Part shown: positions 16,421 to 36,185 of the stretch, one piece after another
Position numbering within the stretch: the stretch's first letter is position 1
Layout of the letters: each line of letters starts with the position of its first letter
Assembly: GCF_009914755.1 (NCBI RefSeq)
Contig: NC_060937.1
DNA: 64,000 nucleotides
Direction: 5' to 3' (one strand)
Source: the human T2T-CHM13v2.0 reference genome, Homo sapiens
The notes under the pieces: generated by a model
Told to the model about the DNA's origin: nothing
The model's input: the letters and a program-made list of their open reading frames with translations, nothing else
Database searches by the model: none
Translations under genes and position numbers: made by a program

Positions 16421-16980
16421 TGGGGCATATTTTGATAAACAGGCCCATATCAGAAAGGAAAAAAATGCTTTATAGCTATGAGTATGCAACACAGATAAAA
16501 CTATTCAAAACATCACTATGCTTATAAAAATAAGCACTCCTAAAATTATCTGCCTTTTCTTTTTATAAAGATAAACTTCTGACTTCCACTTCCCTAAAGT
16601 AAGTGATTAGATAGGAGGCAGGCCAATGCGCCTGCTTCAAAGACCAGACTAACCAACGTAAGAAAGCTGTGGAAGCAATGAGGACTAAAAGAACAAAAAA
16701 TCCAGAGGTGGAAGAGCACTTCCAAGGCAGCTGAGACCACTGGCTTGTTCTTCCATGGGGGTAACTGCAGAGCTTGGGCATGAGTAAGGACTGAGCTTGG
16801 CTTAAGCAGAGGAACTCTAATAAAGGAAACAAGAGACTAGTAGTGCTTTAGATGCCCATGTGGGCTGAAATGACAGACTGGAATCTAGAAAAGCTCTAGA
16901 TACATAGACAGCTTTCCCAGTGGTATATCTCCTCAGAAATGTAACTGGAACACTGAAGGATGATAGAGAGGCTGGGTCAA

Positions 16981-17296
16981 GGCTGGGCGCGGTGGCTCAC
17001 ACCTGTAATACCAGCACTTTGGGAAGCTGAGGCGGGCAGATTACTTGAGGTCAGGAGTTCGAGACCAGCTTGGCCAACATGGTGAAACCCCGTCTCTACT
17101 AAAAATGCAAAAAATTAGCTGGGTATGGTGGTGCACGCCTGCAATCCCAGCAACTAGGGAGGCGGAGGCAGGAGAATCGCTTGAACCTGGAAGGCAGAGG
17201 TTGTGACGAGCCAAGAGCCAAGATCGCGCCACTGCACTCCAGCCTGGGCTACAGAGCAAGACTCCATCTCAAAAAAAAAAAAAAAAAAAAAAAAAA
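16981..17296 (+). mobile_element. AluS (Sx/Sz-like)
   Basis: Full Alu with long A tail; TSD agaggctgggtcaa. Confidence 0.93.
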
Positions 17297-17559
17297 GAGG
17301 CTGGGTCAAAAGGGAAGAGAAAACTTCCGTAAGAAGACAGAATCCTAGTAGAGGGAGGGAGCGGTCTATGTAATCCCTCACTGGATTGAGATAATCAAAC
17401 TCCTCATTCTATCTGTCTGACACAGCAAAGAGCACACCTCTCTAGGAGAAAACACATGATCTGAAAGAAAATCATGTTCATTCATACACAGTGTTAGTCT
17501 AGTTCGGGGACACTAAGTAAACACATTAAGGGACATCAAAAGAAGCAAAATATGTGGCA

Positions 17560-22060
<4,501 letters not shown>

Positions 22061-23250
22061 ACCTTATGTAAACTGAAGCTTTTCCATAGAAGCCAGATTC
22101 ATTCTGTGTAATTAATGTAATGATACTCCTATCATGTTCAAGCATCAATGAATAAATTAGGGAGGAATAGTTATCTCATTACTAAGTAGAAAACTTTTAT
22201 TTACTTAACCTAGCCGGCTAATTAGTAATAAGAAAGAGATTTTAACAGTTCAACTTGATTTAGGGGAGAGATGAAAACAGATTTCTTATATATAGCTTCA
22301 GTCTCTTGATCTTATTTGGAAGTCTTCACATGGGGGGAGGACTATAAATAAAGCTACCTTGGCAATGGGCAGAGCAGCAGAAGGAAAAAGAAAAGAGGGT
22401 AGGGGAATATGGAAGGGAGCATAAGTGAGGGGAAGAGAACTCTCTGAAAAGCTTTGGCTATAGACCCTGCCTCATGCATATTTGTACTCTTAAGTAAACA
22501 TAGGCTAGGTAGGCCAGGGAAACTCAAGCCTTGAAGCAATTGTAAAACTGTAACACTTTCTAATGATATCATGAATACAATCTATTCATCCCAGGCCTCA
22601 GAGAACAACAAGAGGAATGAGAGCAAGCAAATAACTAAGAACACAGAGATACAAGGCACTCTGAGTGAGAACAGCAGAACTAGGCAACAGAAAGACACCT
22701 ATATAGACTTCAGATGGTGGGATTTTCGGAAAGATTGCAACAAGAACATGTGTATCAAATTTAAAGAAATAAAAGACTATCATTAAAATATCTGCAGGGA
22801 ATGGGGAACAACCAAGCACATTTGAAAAAAAATCAAACTAGACATGAAAAATAACTGACACTACAGACTCCATAGGTGGATTTAAGTGTACAGGACACAG
22901 CTGAATAGAAAATTTAAGATCTAGAAAACAGATCAGAAAAAGAATCTGGAATTCTTCACAGAAACATAAAAAGGCTAAAAATATGTCCCTGAGACCTTTT
23001 CAAATCTGAAACTTCCTCCTTCCCCCATCCCAAAAGAGACAGCTCTTACTCTATCCAAGTATGCACTTCCTCTCATACACCAGATCCCATTTCATTCACC
23101 ATCCTTGAGATTTTGCTCAACCATACATCCCTCTCTTTGTTTACCCTTTATGCTTTTTTTCTGTGGTTTCTAACCTTAGAGGCCTACTGTCATTCTCCAA
23201 TTCAAAAGGGGAAAAAAGTTTAAGTAATCCTCTATCCCTCTTCATCACTA

Positions 23251-23607
<357 letters not shown>

Positions 23608-24224
23608 TCAGTCTTTATCCTTCACATTCTCCTACATACGATAACTACCAAACAGTGCCTACTTCTTTACATCCCTGCCCCCTGTCCCGCCAGCTTCTAG
23701 AACCTCTACTTTAGTGTTCCTTCTACCTCTGATGGTGGTTCCTTCTCAGTCTTCTTTACTGGCTCCTTTTTCTTCCTCTTCCTGTCCCTTAAGTCTTTAC
23801 TACATATATCACTTCTAATGTGAGCTATCTGCTCATGTTCTATATTCACTTCTATACTGGTTAGTTACAAACCTTGTTCAATAAGCTATAACAACCCTAA
23901 ACAATAATAGCTATTGGAGTTACTGAACATCATTAGACTGCTGGTCTAGAGCCAGTTAAGTTCTCTATCAAGGTACATCTACCATAAAAATCTAGAACCT
24001 TTCCAGCTACTTCAAAATCCCTCCCCTACCCATCAACTCAGAGCAGAGAATCTAACCATCTATTTAACCAATAAAATAGAGACACCATTACAAATGTACT
24101 CCCTTTGCTTTTCTTCCACCCACCTTGAAATGATCTCTAACCCAGGGCCTTACTCTATTAATTATTCCCATTCTCTCTCTCTTTTTTACTATCCTTGCCC
24201 TTTTCCTTCAGCCTGCTATGTCAA

Positions 24225-24440
24225 GATAGGTTAAGAGTACAGAATTTAGAAACAAATGACTTGGGTTCAAATACAAGCTCTGTCATTTACCAGCACTGTG
24301 ATCTTGGTATTACTTTAATCTCTCTGTGCCTCAGTTCTCTCATCCATACAATAGGGTGAAAACAGTACCTCTCCCACTGGATGATGTCACACTTAGAATT
24401 ATGCCTGGTATTTAGTAAGTGCTAAACACATTTTTATTAT
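24225..24440 (+). mobile_element. MIR SINE remnant
   Basis: 'ttgggttcaaat...ctgtgatcttgg...tctctgtgcctcagttctctcatccatacaatagg'. Confidence 0.75.
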
Positions 24441-24464
24441 TATTCCCATGCCAAATTCAAATGT

Positions 24465-24910
24465 CTACCTTGGTTTGGGTTTCCCCAGAAGCAGACGTCA
24501 ATTCAAGAATTCAAGTGCAGTAGTTATTTTGAGAGGTGATCCCAGGAAAAACACCAGTAGGGAAAACAAAAGTAAAACAGGGAAAAGAAGGAAGTCAAGA
24601 AAGGACATATTATGAAGCCAGTTACCCTGATGGGGAACTAGGGCCTGAACCAGTGGAGAACTCTGGTAGACAGCAGAAAACATGGCTCAGTTATCCTAAA
24701 TGCAGGTGAGACAAAGGTATTTATCTACCAACTCCCCATCCATCACTGGTGGAAAGTTTTTCTGAAGGCATTAACTCTCTGGCGCATGTGAGTTGCCCTG
24801 CACACAGGCCAAGTGTGTTTCTTTTCAGGCAGATAGTCATAGATGTTTGCAGAAGACAGTATGCAAATGGATGCCAAAGGGATATGGCTAGGACACTAAG
24901 AACATCTCCT
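24465..24910 (-). mobile_element. ERVL-class solo LTR remnant (LTR33/LTR16-like)
   Basis: 'gggtttccccagaagcagac...aattcaagtgcagtagttattttgagaggtgatcccagga'. Confidence 0.55.
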
Positions 24911-25679
24911 ACAGGTTATCTAATCCAAAAGATTAATTATTTGTCTCCTTCCTTAAGCTACTGCCTTCCTTCTTGCCCTTTAAACATTATTAAACACTAT
25001 TTCTAAATACTCCCATGTCCAGCCTCACTTTCCCACTTTTCCCTGCCTCCTGAAAAAAGGAGGTGAAGTGAGTGGGTGTTGGCTCATTATAATTTCTTAT
25101 TGCCAACCTCAAGAACCTATCTCAGACTTCGGTTTCACTGGCCTAAGGGAAAAGAGGCAGTTTGTGAGTGACAGTATGTTCACGAGGAGACTTTGAATAT
25201 ACTGAACATAATGTATCTGAACAGGACTGAGAGAATCCTAGCAGTAGACTTTTCAAAATACAGGCTAGAACTTAAGAAAAGAGGTTTTACCTAAAAACCA
25301 CAGACCAGGAAGTCAAATGCATATCTGAAATCATAAGCCTGAGACAACCAAAGAAGAAAATTCAGAGAGAAGAATCCCAAGAATGGACTCTTGAGAAACT
25401 AGCTCTTCCTCCCTTTCTATCTAGATGAAAATCATTATTATATTTGCACTTGAGATCTAGTCACCTGCTAAATATATCATTAAATCCACTTTATTCCATC
25501 TATTCCCATTATCTTTTCTCAGTATTTTCACTTGTCAGAGTTACTGCAACTGTCTCTTTAAAGGTAGCCCTGCTTTGCAGATCTGCTCCTTTTCATTCAT
25601 CCTCTATAACACTACTAGAGATTATCTTTATAAATTGAAAGTTTAACTCTACCATTACATTGCTTAAAAACCTATGATT

Positions 25680-26051
<372 letters not shown>

Positions 26052-26204
26052 CTAGTCCTAACATATCTTTCTAGCCATATCTCCTACCTCCTCATTTTTA
26101 TGCACCCCGCTACCTACATTGTAGTTATTTCCAACATTTCTGTTTTGCACTTCTTTGATTCCCTGAATTCACAATGCAGCTCCAGCAACGATTACCACCT
26201 ACTC

Positions 26205-26400
26205 AGGGGTCAGCAAACTATAGTCTACATGCCAAAAACAGCTTCCTGTCTATCTTTGTAAATAAAGTTATATTGGAACACAGCCATGCTTATCCATTTA
26301 TATATATTGTCTGTGGTTGCTTTCAAACTAAAGAACAGAGCTGCATGGTTGCAACAGAGACTCTATGGCCCATAAAGTCTAAGTTATTTACTATCTGGTC
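26205..26400. mobile_element. hAT-Charlie DNA transposon (MER58A-like)
   Basis: 'caggggtcagcaaacta...tttgtaaataaagttatattggaacacagccatgc'. Confidence 0.75.
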
Positions 26401-26439
26401 ATATAAATATGTCATATATATGATTATAGACACATATGA

Positions 26440-29400
26440 TATCAAACAGTATCATATATATATAATTGGATTCCCAGAAGGAAATAAGAAATTGAGTCTG
26501 AAATAATATTTGAGGAAATAAAGGCCAAAATTTGCAAGTTAAATAAAAATTGACATCACACAGATCTAACAAACTGAAAGGATACCAAGCAGGATACACA
26601 CACACAGAGACACAGACGTGTGTGCGTGCGCATGCACACACACACACACACCATATTTAGGTACAATACAGTCAAGCTGCTAAAAATCAATAAAAGGGAA
26701 AATCTTTTTTAAAAGCCAGATAAGAGAGTTCTGGTTCCAGTACATTGGCATAAACCCCAAAACAGCCTATTTTCCCCACTGTTTACAACTACTTTGGGCA
26801 AAATTTTTAAAAAGACAAAAAAAGTACTTCAGGACTCTGAAAAACAAATAAAAGCAAATTCTGGAGGGGAGTCAAAACTTGGAAAAGTGATTCACAGAAG
26901 AGTAAATTTCCCAGTTTGGTTGTTTTTCTCCTTTCACTAACAGCTTTGCCTGAAGGCCAGGAAGAGATCACTGCATTACAGGGCTACAACCCAAAAGTTA
27001 AAATTCCAAGTTAAAACTCTTTCTGGCCAGAGGAACTGAGAAAAGAAACTGATATGATGGAAAATGGGTAAGAAGTCCTGAAAAAGAGTAAGACACAGAA
27101 AGGGATCCCCTAAACAACAAAAAACACAACATCCTCCAGAGAATTATAATAAACCCTAGAGTTTACAAAACATAACATTAACCATGTCCAAGATACAATC
27201 CCAAATTCTCACAATGCAAAACACAAGAAAAATGTGAACAACTTCAAGGGAAGAGACAATCAAAAGATGCCAACCCTAAGACGATGCACATGTTGTAATT
27301 ATCCAACAATGACTGGAAGGCAACCACTATAAATATGCTACATTGAGGAAAGACAAGGACAACTGAATGGAATGGAAAGAGGTTCTCGGCAGGGAAAGAG
27401 AAGTTTTTTTTTGTTTTTTTTTTTTTGTTTTTTTTTTAAAGAACCAAATGTAAATGTTAAAAGTGAAATAAACAATACATAAAAAGTTCACTGGTTGGAC
27501 TCAATAAGAAAATGGAGATGGGAGAAAAGAGTCTGTGAACCTGAACGTGTATCAATAAAAATAACCTCATCTGAAAAACAGAGAAAAAAAATTGATAGGA
27601 GACTGAACAGTTAGAGGCCTGTGAAACAATCTCAAAAGTTTTATCATAATTGCCACTAGAATTTTGTAAGGTCAGAAGAAAGACACAATGGTAGAAAACA
27701 TTCTAAACTTAGTGAAAGCCAAAAATTTACCGATTTGAGAAGCTCAGTACTCTTCAAAGAGGATAAACTTAAAGAAAATGACTAGATACACATCAAATTA
27801 AGCTGCTGAAAACCAAAAACAAAGAAAAAATTTTTGAAAGCAGCTAGAAAAAAATTACACACCACACAGAGGGGAATAAGGTTTACATTACAAAGATTTT
27901 TCACCAGAAATCAGAGAAGTGAAAAGACAGCTAAATGGCATCATTGAGGTGCTCAAGGAAGCAAGCATCTACTCGGAATTATATATCCACCTAAAATATC
28001 CTTTAGGAATGAAAGTAAAATAAATACATTCTCAAAGAAAAACAAAGAGAATGTATCCCCAGCAGACTGATCTGCTAGAAAAGCTAAGGTCAACATTAGG
28101 CTGAAAGGAAATGCTGCATCTTCAGGAATGAAGAAAGAGCAATAGAAACAATAAATATATAGGAAAACACAAAATACTAGATTTTTCCTCTAAGTTCTAT
28201 AAAGTACACATGACTGTCGACAACAAAAACTATAACATTGTTTGGTGATGTTTGCCAAGTATAGTATGCATGACAACTATAACATAAAGGTCTCTGGGGG
28301 AGGGGAGAATAAAAGGATCTGTAGGGTTGCAAGGTTTCTGTGTTTTAAGTGAATTAGTATAATAATAACCCTAAGTAGCCTGTAAAAAGTTAGGTATGCA
28401 TACTGTAATCCCTAGGGCATAAAAAAAGTAAATACAAAGAGATATTGCTGAAAAGACCAATAGAGCAACTAAAATGAAATACTCCCAATAATCCCAAAAT
28501 ATAATCCCAAAGAAGCAGAAAAGGAGGAAGAAAGGAACAAAAAAAGAGAAACAGAAGACAATAAAGTGGCAGACCTATCACTGTTGATATGGTAAATATG
28601 TCAATAATTAATCATATTAAATATTAATAATCTAAACACTCCAATTGAAAGGCAAAGATTGACAGTGGATTTCTTTTTTTAAGGGCAAGGTTCTATACTA
28701 GTTGCCTAAGAGGAGAAACTTTAAATATAAAAACATAAACATCCAAACAACACTTATCATCCAACTTTAACTGACATTTATAGAACTTCATGTCCAAAGA
28801 TGACCGAACACATTCTTCTCAAGTGTGTATAATACAATCACCAAGACAGAACATATCCTGGGCAATAAAACAAATCTCAATAAATGTTAAAGATCAAAAT
28901 CATACAAGGTTTATATTAGAAAGTAATAACAATAATATATTAATATGTAAGAAAACACCATATCTGAAAGTTGTAATAATTTTAAACAATAAATTGGAAA
29001 ATAATTTGAACTAAATGACAAATATATAGCAGTCAAAATTTGTGGGATGTAACTAAAGCACAGCCCAGATAAAAATTCATAGCTTTAAATACTTATATTG
29101 GAAGAAAAATTTAAAATCAATGGCCTAGGATTCCACCTTAAGAAATTAGAACAGCAAAGTAAACTTAAAGAAAGTAGAAAGAAATAAATTACAATGATGA
29201 TGGAAAAGCCAATGAAATAGAAAACAGATCAATAATAGAGAAAATTAAGAAAGCCAAAAGTTGGTTCTTTGGATCACATACAAAGAAATGAATCTAGAAA
29301 CAAACCTTACACCCTTCACAAAAATTAACTCAAAATGGAAAACGGACTTTATATGTAAAATGCAAAACTATAAAACTCTTAGAAAATAACACAGGAGAAA

Positions 29401-32170
29401 ACCTAGATAACTTTTTAGCTACAACACCAAGGTACAATCCATTAAAGAAATAATTAATAAGCTGAATACTAAAATTAAAAACCTCTGCTCTGCAAAAGAC
29501 AATGCCAAGAGAACGAGAAGACAAGGCACAGATTGAAAGAAAATATTTGCAAAAGACACATCTGATAAAGGACTGTTATCCAAAATACCAAGAACTTTTT
29601 TCCCCATCTCCTCAGTTACACCCTCACAGAATACCAAGAACTCTCAAAACTCTAACAATAAGAAAACAAACAACTCAATTAAAGATGGGGCAAAGACCTT
29701 AACAGACACCTCACCGAACAAGATATATAGATGGCAAATAAGCGTTATGAAAAGATGTTCTACATCATATGTCATCAGAGAAATGAAAAAAAAAAACGAG
29801 ATTCTACTACACACCTATCAGAATGGCCAAAATCCAGAACATAGACAACATCAAATGTTGGCGAGGCTTTAATGCAAGAGGAACTCTCATTTATTGCTGG
29901 TGGAAATGAAAAATGAAACAGCCACTTTGTAAGACAGTTTGGTGATTTCCTACAAAAACTAAACCTACTCTTAGCACGTGATCCCACAATCACTGTTTCT
30001 GGTATTAACCCAAAGGAGCTGAAAACATGTCCACTAGATTTAACCATTCCCCAATGTATATGTACTTCAAAACATCATGCTGTACATTATAAAAACATAC
30101 AATGTCATTTGTCAATTTCTAAAAAAGAAAATGTATGTCCACACAAAAACCTGCACACAGATGTTTAGAGCAGCTTTATCCATAATTGCCAAAACTTGGA
30201 AGCAACCCAATTGTCCTCCAAACTCACCAAATTGTAGGTGAACAGACAAATTCTGGTACATCTACATGGTGGATTATTCAGTGGTAAGAAATGAGCTATC
30301 AAGTCTCATACACAAAAAAAGAATGAACCTAAATGCACATTACTAAGTGAAGGAAACCAATCTGAAAAGGCCACATACTGTATGATTTCAACTATAGCAC
30401 ATTCTGGAAAAGGCAAAACTATGGAGACAGTAAGTGATTACCTGGGGTTGAGTGGCAGAGAAACAGGAATAGGTGGAGCACAGATGATATTGAGGGCAGT
30501 GAAAATATTCTGTATGATACTACAGTGATAAATACATGTCATTATACATTTTTCTGAACCAAAAAATGTATAACCCCAAGAGTGAACCCTAATGTAAACT
30601 CTGGACTTGAGAGTGATTATGATGTGTCAGTGGAGGTTAAACAATGGCCACAAAAATGCCACTCTGGTGGGGGATGTTGATATGGATGAGGCTATGCGTG
30701 AGTGGGGGAAAGGGATAGATGGAAAATCTCTGTACCCTCTTCTCAATTTTGCTATGAACTTAAAACTGCTCTTAAAAAAATATTTTTTTTAAAAAAGGAG
30801 GGAGTTATTATCAGAGATCCCATAGACCTTAAAGGATAATGAAAGAATGCTATGGATAACTTCATGCTAAAAACTTCAACAACTTAGAAGTATGAAATGA
30901 ATGAACTTCTCCAAAAAAATACAAGTTACCAAAATTGACATGAATAATAACAGAAAATCTGAATAACGCTCTAACTATTAAAGAACGTGAATTTGTCAAA
31001 AGCTTCCCCAAAATAAAATTCCAGGACCAGATGGTGCCACTGGTGAATTCTGTCAAACATTCAAGAAGAAATAACAACAATCTTACGCAAACATTTTAAA
31101 AATTGGGTAGGACTGGGTAGGGTAGGATTACTATGTAACTCACTTTATGAGACGAGGATAACTAATTCTAAAGCCTGACAGGATTAGCAAGAAAAGAAAA
31201 GAAAAAAAACCGATTACAGACCAATATCCCTCATGAATATAAACCTGAAAATTCTTAGCATAATACCAGCAAATCAAATTCAGCAATACATTCCAAATAT
31301 GATGGTTTTATCCCAGGAATGCAAAGTTAATTTAACATTCAAAAATTAATTAATGTAATTCAATTTTCCTTTTGTTCTCTTACTATATGATCATTTTAAC
31401 AGGTAGAGGAAAAGCATTTGACAAAACTCAATACACATTTATAATTAAAAACTATCAGCAAGCCGGGTGCGATGGCTCACGCCTGTAATCCCAGCACTTT
31501 CAGAGTCTGAGGCAGGTGGATCACCTGAGGTCAGCAGTTCAAGACCAGAGTGGCCAACGTGGTGAAATCTCATCTCTACTAAAAATACAAAAATTAGTCA
31601 GGCATAGTGGCGTGTGCCTGTAATCCCAGCTACTCAGGAAGCTGAGGCAGGAGACTTGCTGGATCCCGGGAGGCAGAGGCTTCAGTGAGCCGAGATTATG
31701 CCACTGCACTCCAGCCTGGGCAACAGAGCAAGGCTCTGTCTCAAAAAAAAAAAAAAAAAAAATTAAAATATAAAAAATAAAAACTATCAGCAAAGTAGGA
31801 ATACTAGGGAATATCTTCAAATTGATAGAGGCCATTGAAACACCTACAGCTAATATCATACTTAATGATTTAAAAAACTGTAAGATTAATTTGTAGTTGT
31901 TTTTCTCTCAGATTAAAAACAAGGGAGAATTAAGTAATTGGAATAAAGTAGGGGCTGAGGGGTAGGAGAATCTAGAGATCAGAAAGAAAGACAATATGAT
32001 TATTTACACAGAACATCCCAGGGAATTTACAAAACTATTAAAGTTAATAAATGAGCTTAACAAGATCAGAGATACAAGGTTAACATTCAAAAGCAACTGT
32101 ATTGTTATATATTCATATCAAACAACTGAAAAATAGGAAAAACTAAACTAGTTACAGTAGCACTAAAAAC
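26440..32170 (+). mobile_element. Large decayed L1M region (5'UTR/ORF1/ORF2 remnants; nested L1MC-like 3' portion ~29275-30785)
   Basis: 'gaaagcagctagaaaaaa', 'aagccaaaagttggttcttt', 'caaaaattaactcaaaatgga', 'ccaggaccagatgg...tggtgaattct', 'agaccaatatccctcatgaatata'. Includes (CA)n at ~26595-26650. Confidence 0.85.
31461..31780 (+). mobile_element. AluS (Sx-like)
   Basis: Full Alu; TSD aaaaactatcagcaa. Confidence 0.92.
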
Positions 32171-32768
32171 CATAAAATGCCCCGATCAACCAGTTCATTC
32201 AGGCTGCCCCCAAGAATGATCCATCACCTAGGGCCATCACCTATTGCCAAAGGCAATGCCCATATTGGAACTAGGGAAGAGTCTGTAGCCAACCAATGTT
32301 CCCAGCAGTCGTGGGGGAATTTTGAGCACATCAGTGCTGGGCAGGGGCTCTGGGTTCCACAATACAGGATTCACTATATTTCGCCTATTATACAATTAGG
32401 ATTCACTTGCTTCAAATAAGGCATGGAAAAAGTTCCTCCAGAATTCTGGTGAGTGTCATTTCCTGGAGAAACTTTCCAGAGGAAGGAAAGTGGGTCAAAC
32501 CACAGCCCCAGCCACTACAGACGGTAAAATTGATATCAACAACTCTTCTCTACTAGCCATTCTAGATTCCTTTAATCTATGGCTAGTATTTCTGTTGGTC
32601 CAGGTGGCTGACTTCATGGGGTGGTCACTGGGCCTTTCTCGTGTCCATTTACCACAAACACTGGACAAGGAAGTACCAAGAGACACCTTATAGATCACCT
32701 GTGTGCCAAACCTCCATGCTCCACTGTGGAACACAGCCCTACCTCCTCCACATGAACAAGGACATTAA

Positions 32769-33099
<331 letters not shown>

Positions 33100-33504
33100 T
33101 GGTGACTTCTTTATTTAGAAAAGGAGCCCCAAATCCTAGTGGCAGCTGTACTTTAAAGTATAACAGGATTCTCATAGCGCCCTCTGTTGGAAATGTTTCT
33201 CTTCTGAGAACCAGGATCTTTTAACCCCTTGCCATCAGAGCTATGGAGATGGGAAGCAGAAACTGCCCAGGTGATTCACAGAGTGATGCTATGCGGAGCC
33301 ACTCCTAATTTCATGTGATCTTCCTACTGGGAACACTGGAGAATGGGCGCCTCACCCTTGCAGGGCATCATGCCCAAGCTGCAGGATCTCATCATCAGCT
33401 GTGCCATCAAAGGACTGTTTTACTGCTCTATCAAGTCATCAGCTTCTGGACGGTGTGGTGCAAGATGGGACAAATGATTCTCCTATTCTATAAAAGTGGG
33501 TCCC

Positions 33505-33788
33505 GGCCGGGCGCGGTGGCTCACGCCTGTAATCCCAGCACTTTGGGAGGCTGACGTGGCCGGATCACGAGGTCAGGAGTTCGAGACCATCCTGGTCCAC
33601 ATGGTGAAACCCCGTCTCTACTAAAAACACAAAAATTAGCTGGGCGTGGTGATGTGCACCTGTAGTCCCAGCAACTCAGGAGGCTGAGGTAGGAGAACTG
33701 CTTGAACCCGGGAGGCGGAGGTTGCAGTCAGCTGAGATCACGCCATTGCACTCCAGCTTGGGCAACAGAGCAAGACTCCGTCTCAAAA
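33505..33788 (+). mobile_element. AluS (Sg/Sc-like)
   Basis: GGCCGGGCGCGGTGGCTC start; TSD agtgggtccc. Confidence 0.92.
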
Positions 33789-33853
33789 CATAACATAACA
33801 TAACATAACATAACATAACATAACATAACATAACATAACATAACATAACATAA
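33789..33853 (+). repeat. (CATAA)13 pentanucleotide repeat in the Alu tail
   Basis: 13 perfect units between the Alu end and the 3' TSD. Confidence 0.95.
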
Positions 33854-34321
33854 CAGTGGGTCCCTTATTCTGAAATGATCCCTGTAGTAGAGGATCAAAC
33901 ATCCTGCAAGCCCTCAAACAGTAGTCCTGGGTGAGACCCTGCTGGAAAGACAAATTCAGACCCAGAATATGTCTCAAATCCAATCAAAATGAATCATGGT
34001 CCTTTCCACTGTATAAGGACTGGTTGGCCTGCTTGAAGGATGATTGATCTCTGCTGCTGTCAGGCTGGATATTCAGCAGCAGCAGTTGCTAGATCAGCAC
34101 TGGTGAATGAAAACCCTTTTATTGGGCCCATGCACAGCCATCATCGGTAATTTTTCCATGCACTCATAGGCCAAAAGAAATACCAAACAGTAGTGTTTAT
34201 TAAGTAGTTAGATCCAAATAACAAGAATTCATGTCCTAACAAATGAGTAGACATTTGAAAAAATAACACATAAATTGGAAGAAAAATATTTTTATTTCCT
34301 TCTTAAAAACTACAAATACTG

Positions 34322-34623
34322 GGCCAGGCGCAGTGGCTCACGCCTGTAATCCCAGCACTTTGGGAGAACGAGGCAGGCGGATCACGAGGTGAGGAGTTCG
34401 AGACCAGCCTGACCAATATGGTGAAACCCCACCTCTAGTAAAAATACAAAAATCAGCCGAGTGTGGTGGGACACGCCTGTAATCCCAACTACTCAGGAGG
34501 CTGAGGCAGAAGAATCACTTGAACCTGGCAGGCGGAGGTTGCAGTGAGCCGAGATCGCACCACTGCACTCTGGCCTGGGTGACAGAGCGAGACTCTGCCT
34601 CAAAACAAACAAACAAACAAAAA
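34322..34623 (+). mobile_element. Alu (AluSg-like) with (AAAC)n tail
   Basis: 'ggatcacgaggtgaggagttcgagaccagcctgacc'. Confidence 0.9.
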
Positions 34624-35734
34624 CTTCAATTACTTGATAATATGACATGTGTGCCTGTTAGACACAGAACAACTTCTCAAACTTGGAATCAGACTGAACA
34701 TGCCACCCTCCTTTCCTGTTCCACACTGATTTTTGCACAGTGCTTGATCTGTATCACAACTAGTAAAAATCCAACCCTGCAAAAATATGACATCATCAAA
34801 AGAAATGTGGCATGAGCTAATGTCAAAACCGTGAACTACCTCAAGCTAGTAATTTGTGACAGATATTGCTGTGTTTCCTTTAAAATTCTGAAATATCCCA
34901 TGGTATTCTTTTGTGTCTGTGGTGGTGCTTTGGGGTGCCTTGGTGCAGTTTGGGAACGTGTGTGTGTGTGTGTTTGTGTGTACAGTCCCTTCCTCCCTTC
35001 GCAGATCCAGCACCCCGAACTAGGTGTTCTTGTGACTTAACCCTAGTTGTTGGTTTGGTGATAGTCAGTAGGCGAGAGAGGAGGAGCTGGGGGTAAGAGG
35101 GACAGCACAGTCTGCAAGCAACCCCTCTAGCTAGTAGAAGAAGGCCACTTCTGCAGGCCCAGAGGGTTAAGAGGAATTTGGGGTTTCAGGGTTTTCAAGT
35201 GCACTCAGATGCCCCATCCTAAGGGTCAGGATTCCTGCCCAACCAGAACACTGACCTTAGCATAGCTGAGAGAGAATTCTACCTACCTTGGTGCTCTGCT
35301 ACCCTTAAAATTAAGTTTTGGGTTGAAGCCTTAGATTTTTCCTCTTACTGTATATGTGTTTCTTTACATGATGCTAAATAAATTTCCTTTTACATTTTGC
35401 CCCCAATTATCTTCCACCTTGCATCATCTTTCTCCAATCTATCAATGTTATTTACCAAAAGCCATCTGATGATTGTCCTCATAATTAATTTCTCTGAACT
35501 TCTCAAAAGCCTAGTGCACTCACCAGTGCATTCCCTTCAACAGGAATAGCATTCCAACTCACCACCAGTGAAAGTTTTAAGTTGCATAGCTACAGTGCAT
35601 GCCAAGCGTTATCAGTATTAGTGCTCCATCTAGCACCAGAATCGATTCTCATTGCCAGCCAGCCAGCCAATAATCCAGCTTCAAAACCTCACTGTAAAGT
35701 CTACTTTCTGAGACCACTCCTGGCACCAACTGCT

Positions 35735-36185
35735 TTGGGTAGGAGGGTTCCCAGGAAACAGACTCTCAAATGCAGATGTGCACACCGGAAGTTTATTGCG
35801 GAGTGCCCTCCGAACCAACAACTGTGGGGCAGTGAAAGACGTAAGACTGAACAGAGGAAGGAGTTGATCTGCAATGCAGTCCCAGGAAGCCCTCAGCCAG
35901 ACCCATGGGAGAGCTCTCTGGTGTTGGGATAGACTTCAAGGTTGGCTTGTCTTATAGCAAAAGCGCTAGGCATTTATATCCCTACACTGTATAGATATTA
36001 GATGTAAACTGCCCCTGAAGAGGAGGCATGACTCTGGGGGAGGCAACTCTTGGCTCAGGGCAATGCGTGGAGTGGGACTCAGCTGCAATCAGTTTTAGCT
36101 GCCAATATTGCCAAGAGCTAGGGGAACATGTGCCTGAAAGCGGGATCTGAAAGCCTAACCACAGCACCTGCCACACCACCACTGG
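35735..36185 (-). mobile_element. LTR16-like ERVL LTR, reverse orientation
   Basis: 'gggttcccaggaaacagactctcaaatgcagatgtgcacaccggaagtttatt' is the reverse complement of the LTR end seen at 51100-51168 and 55400-55462. Confidence 0.65.
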
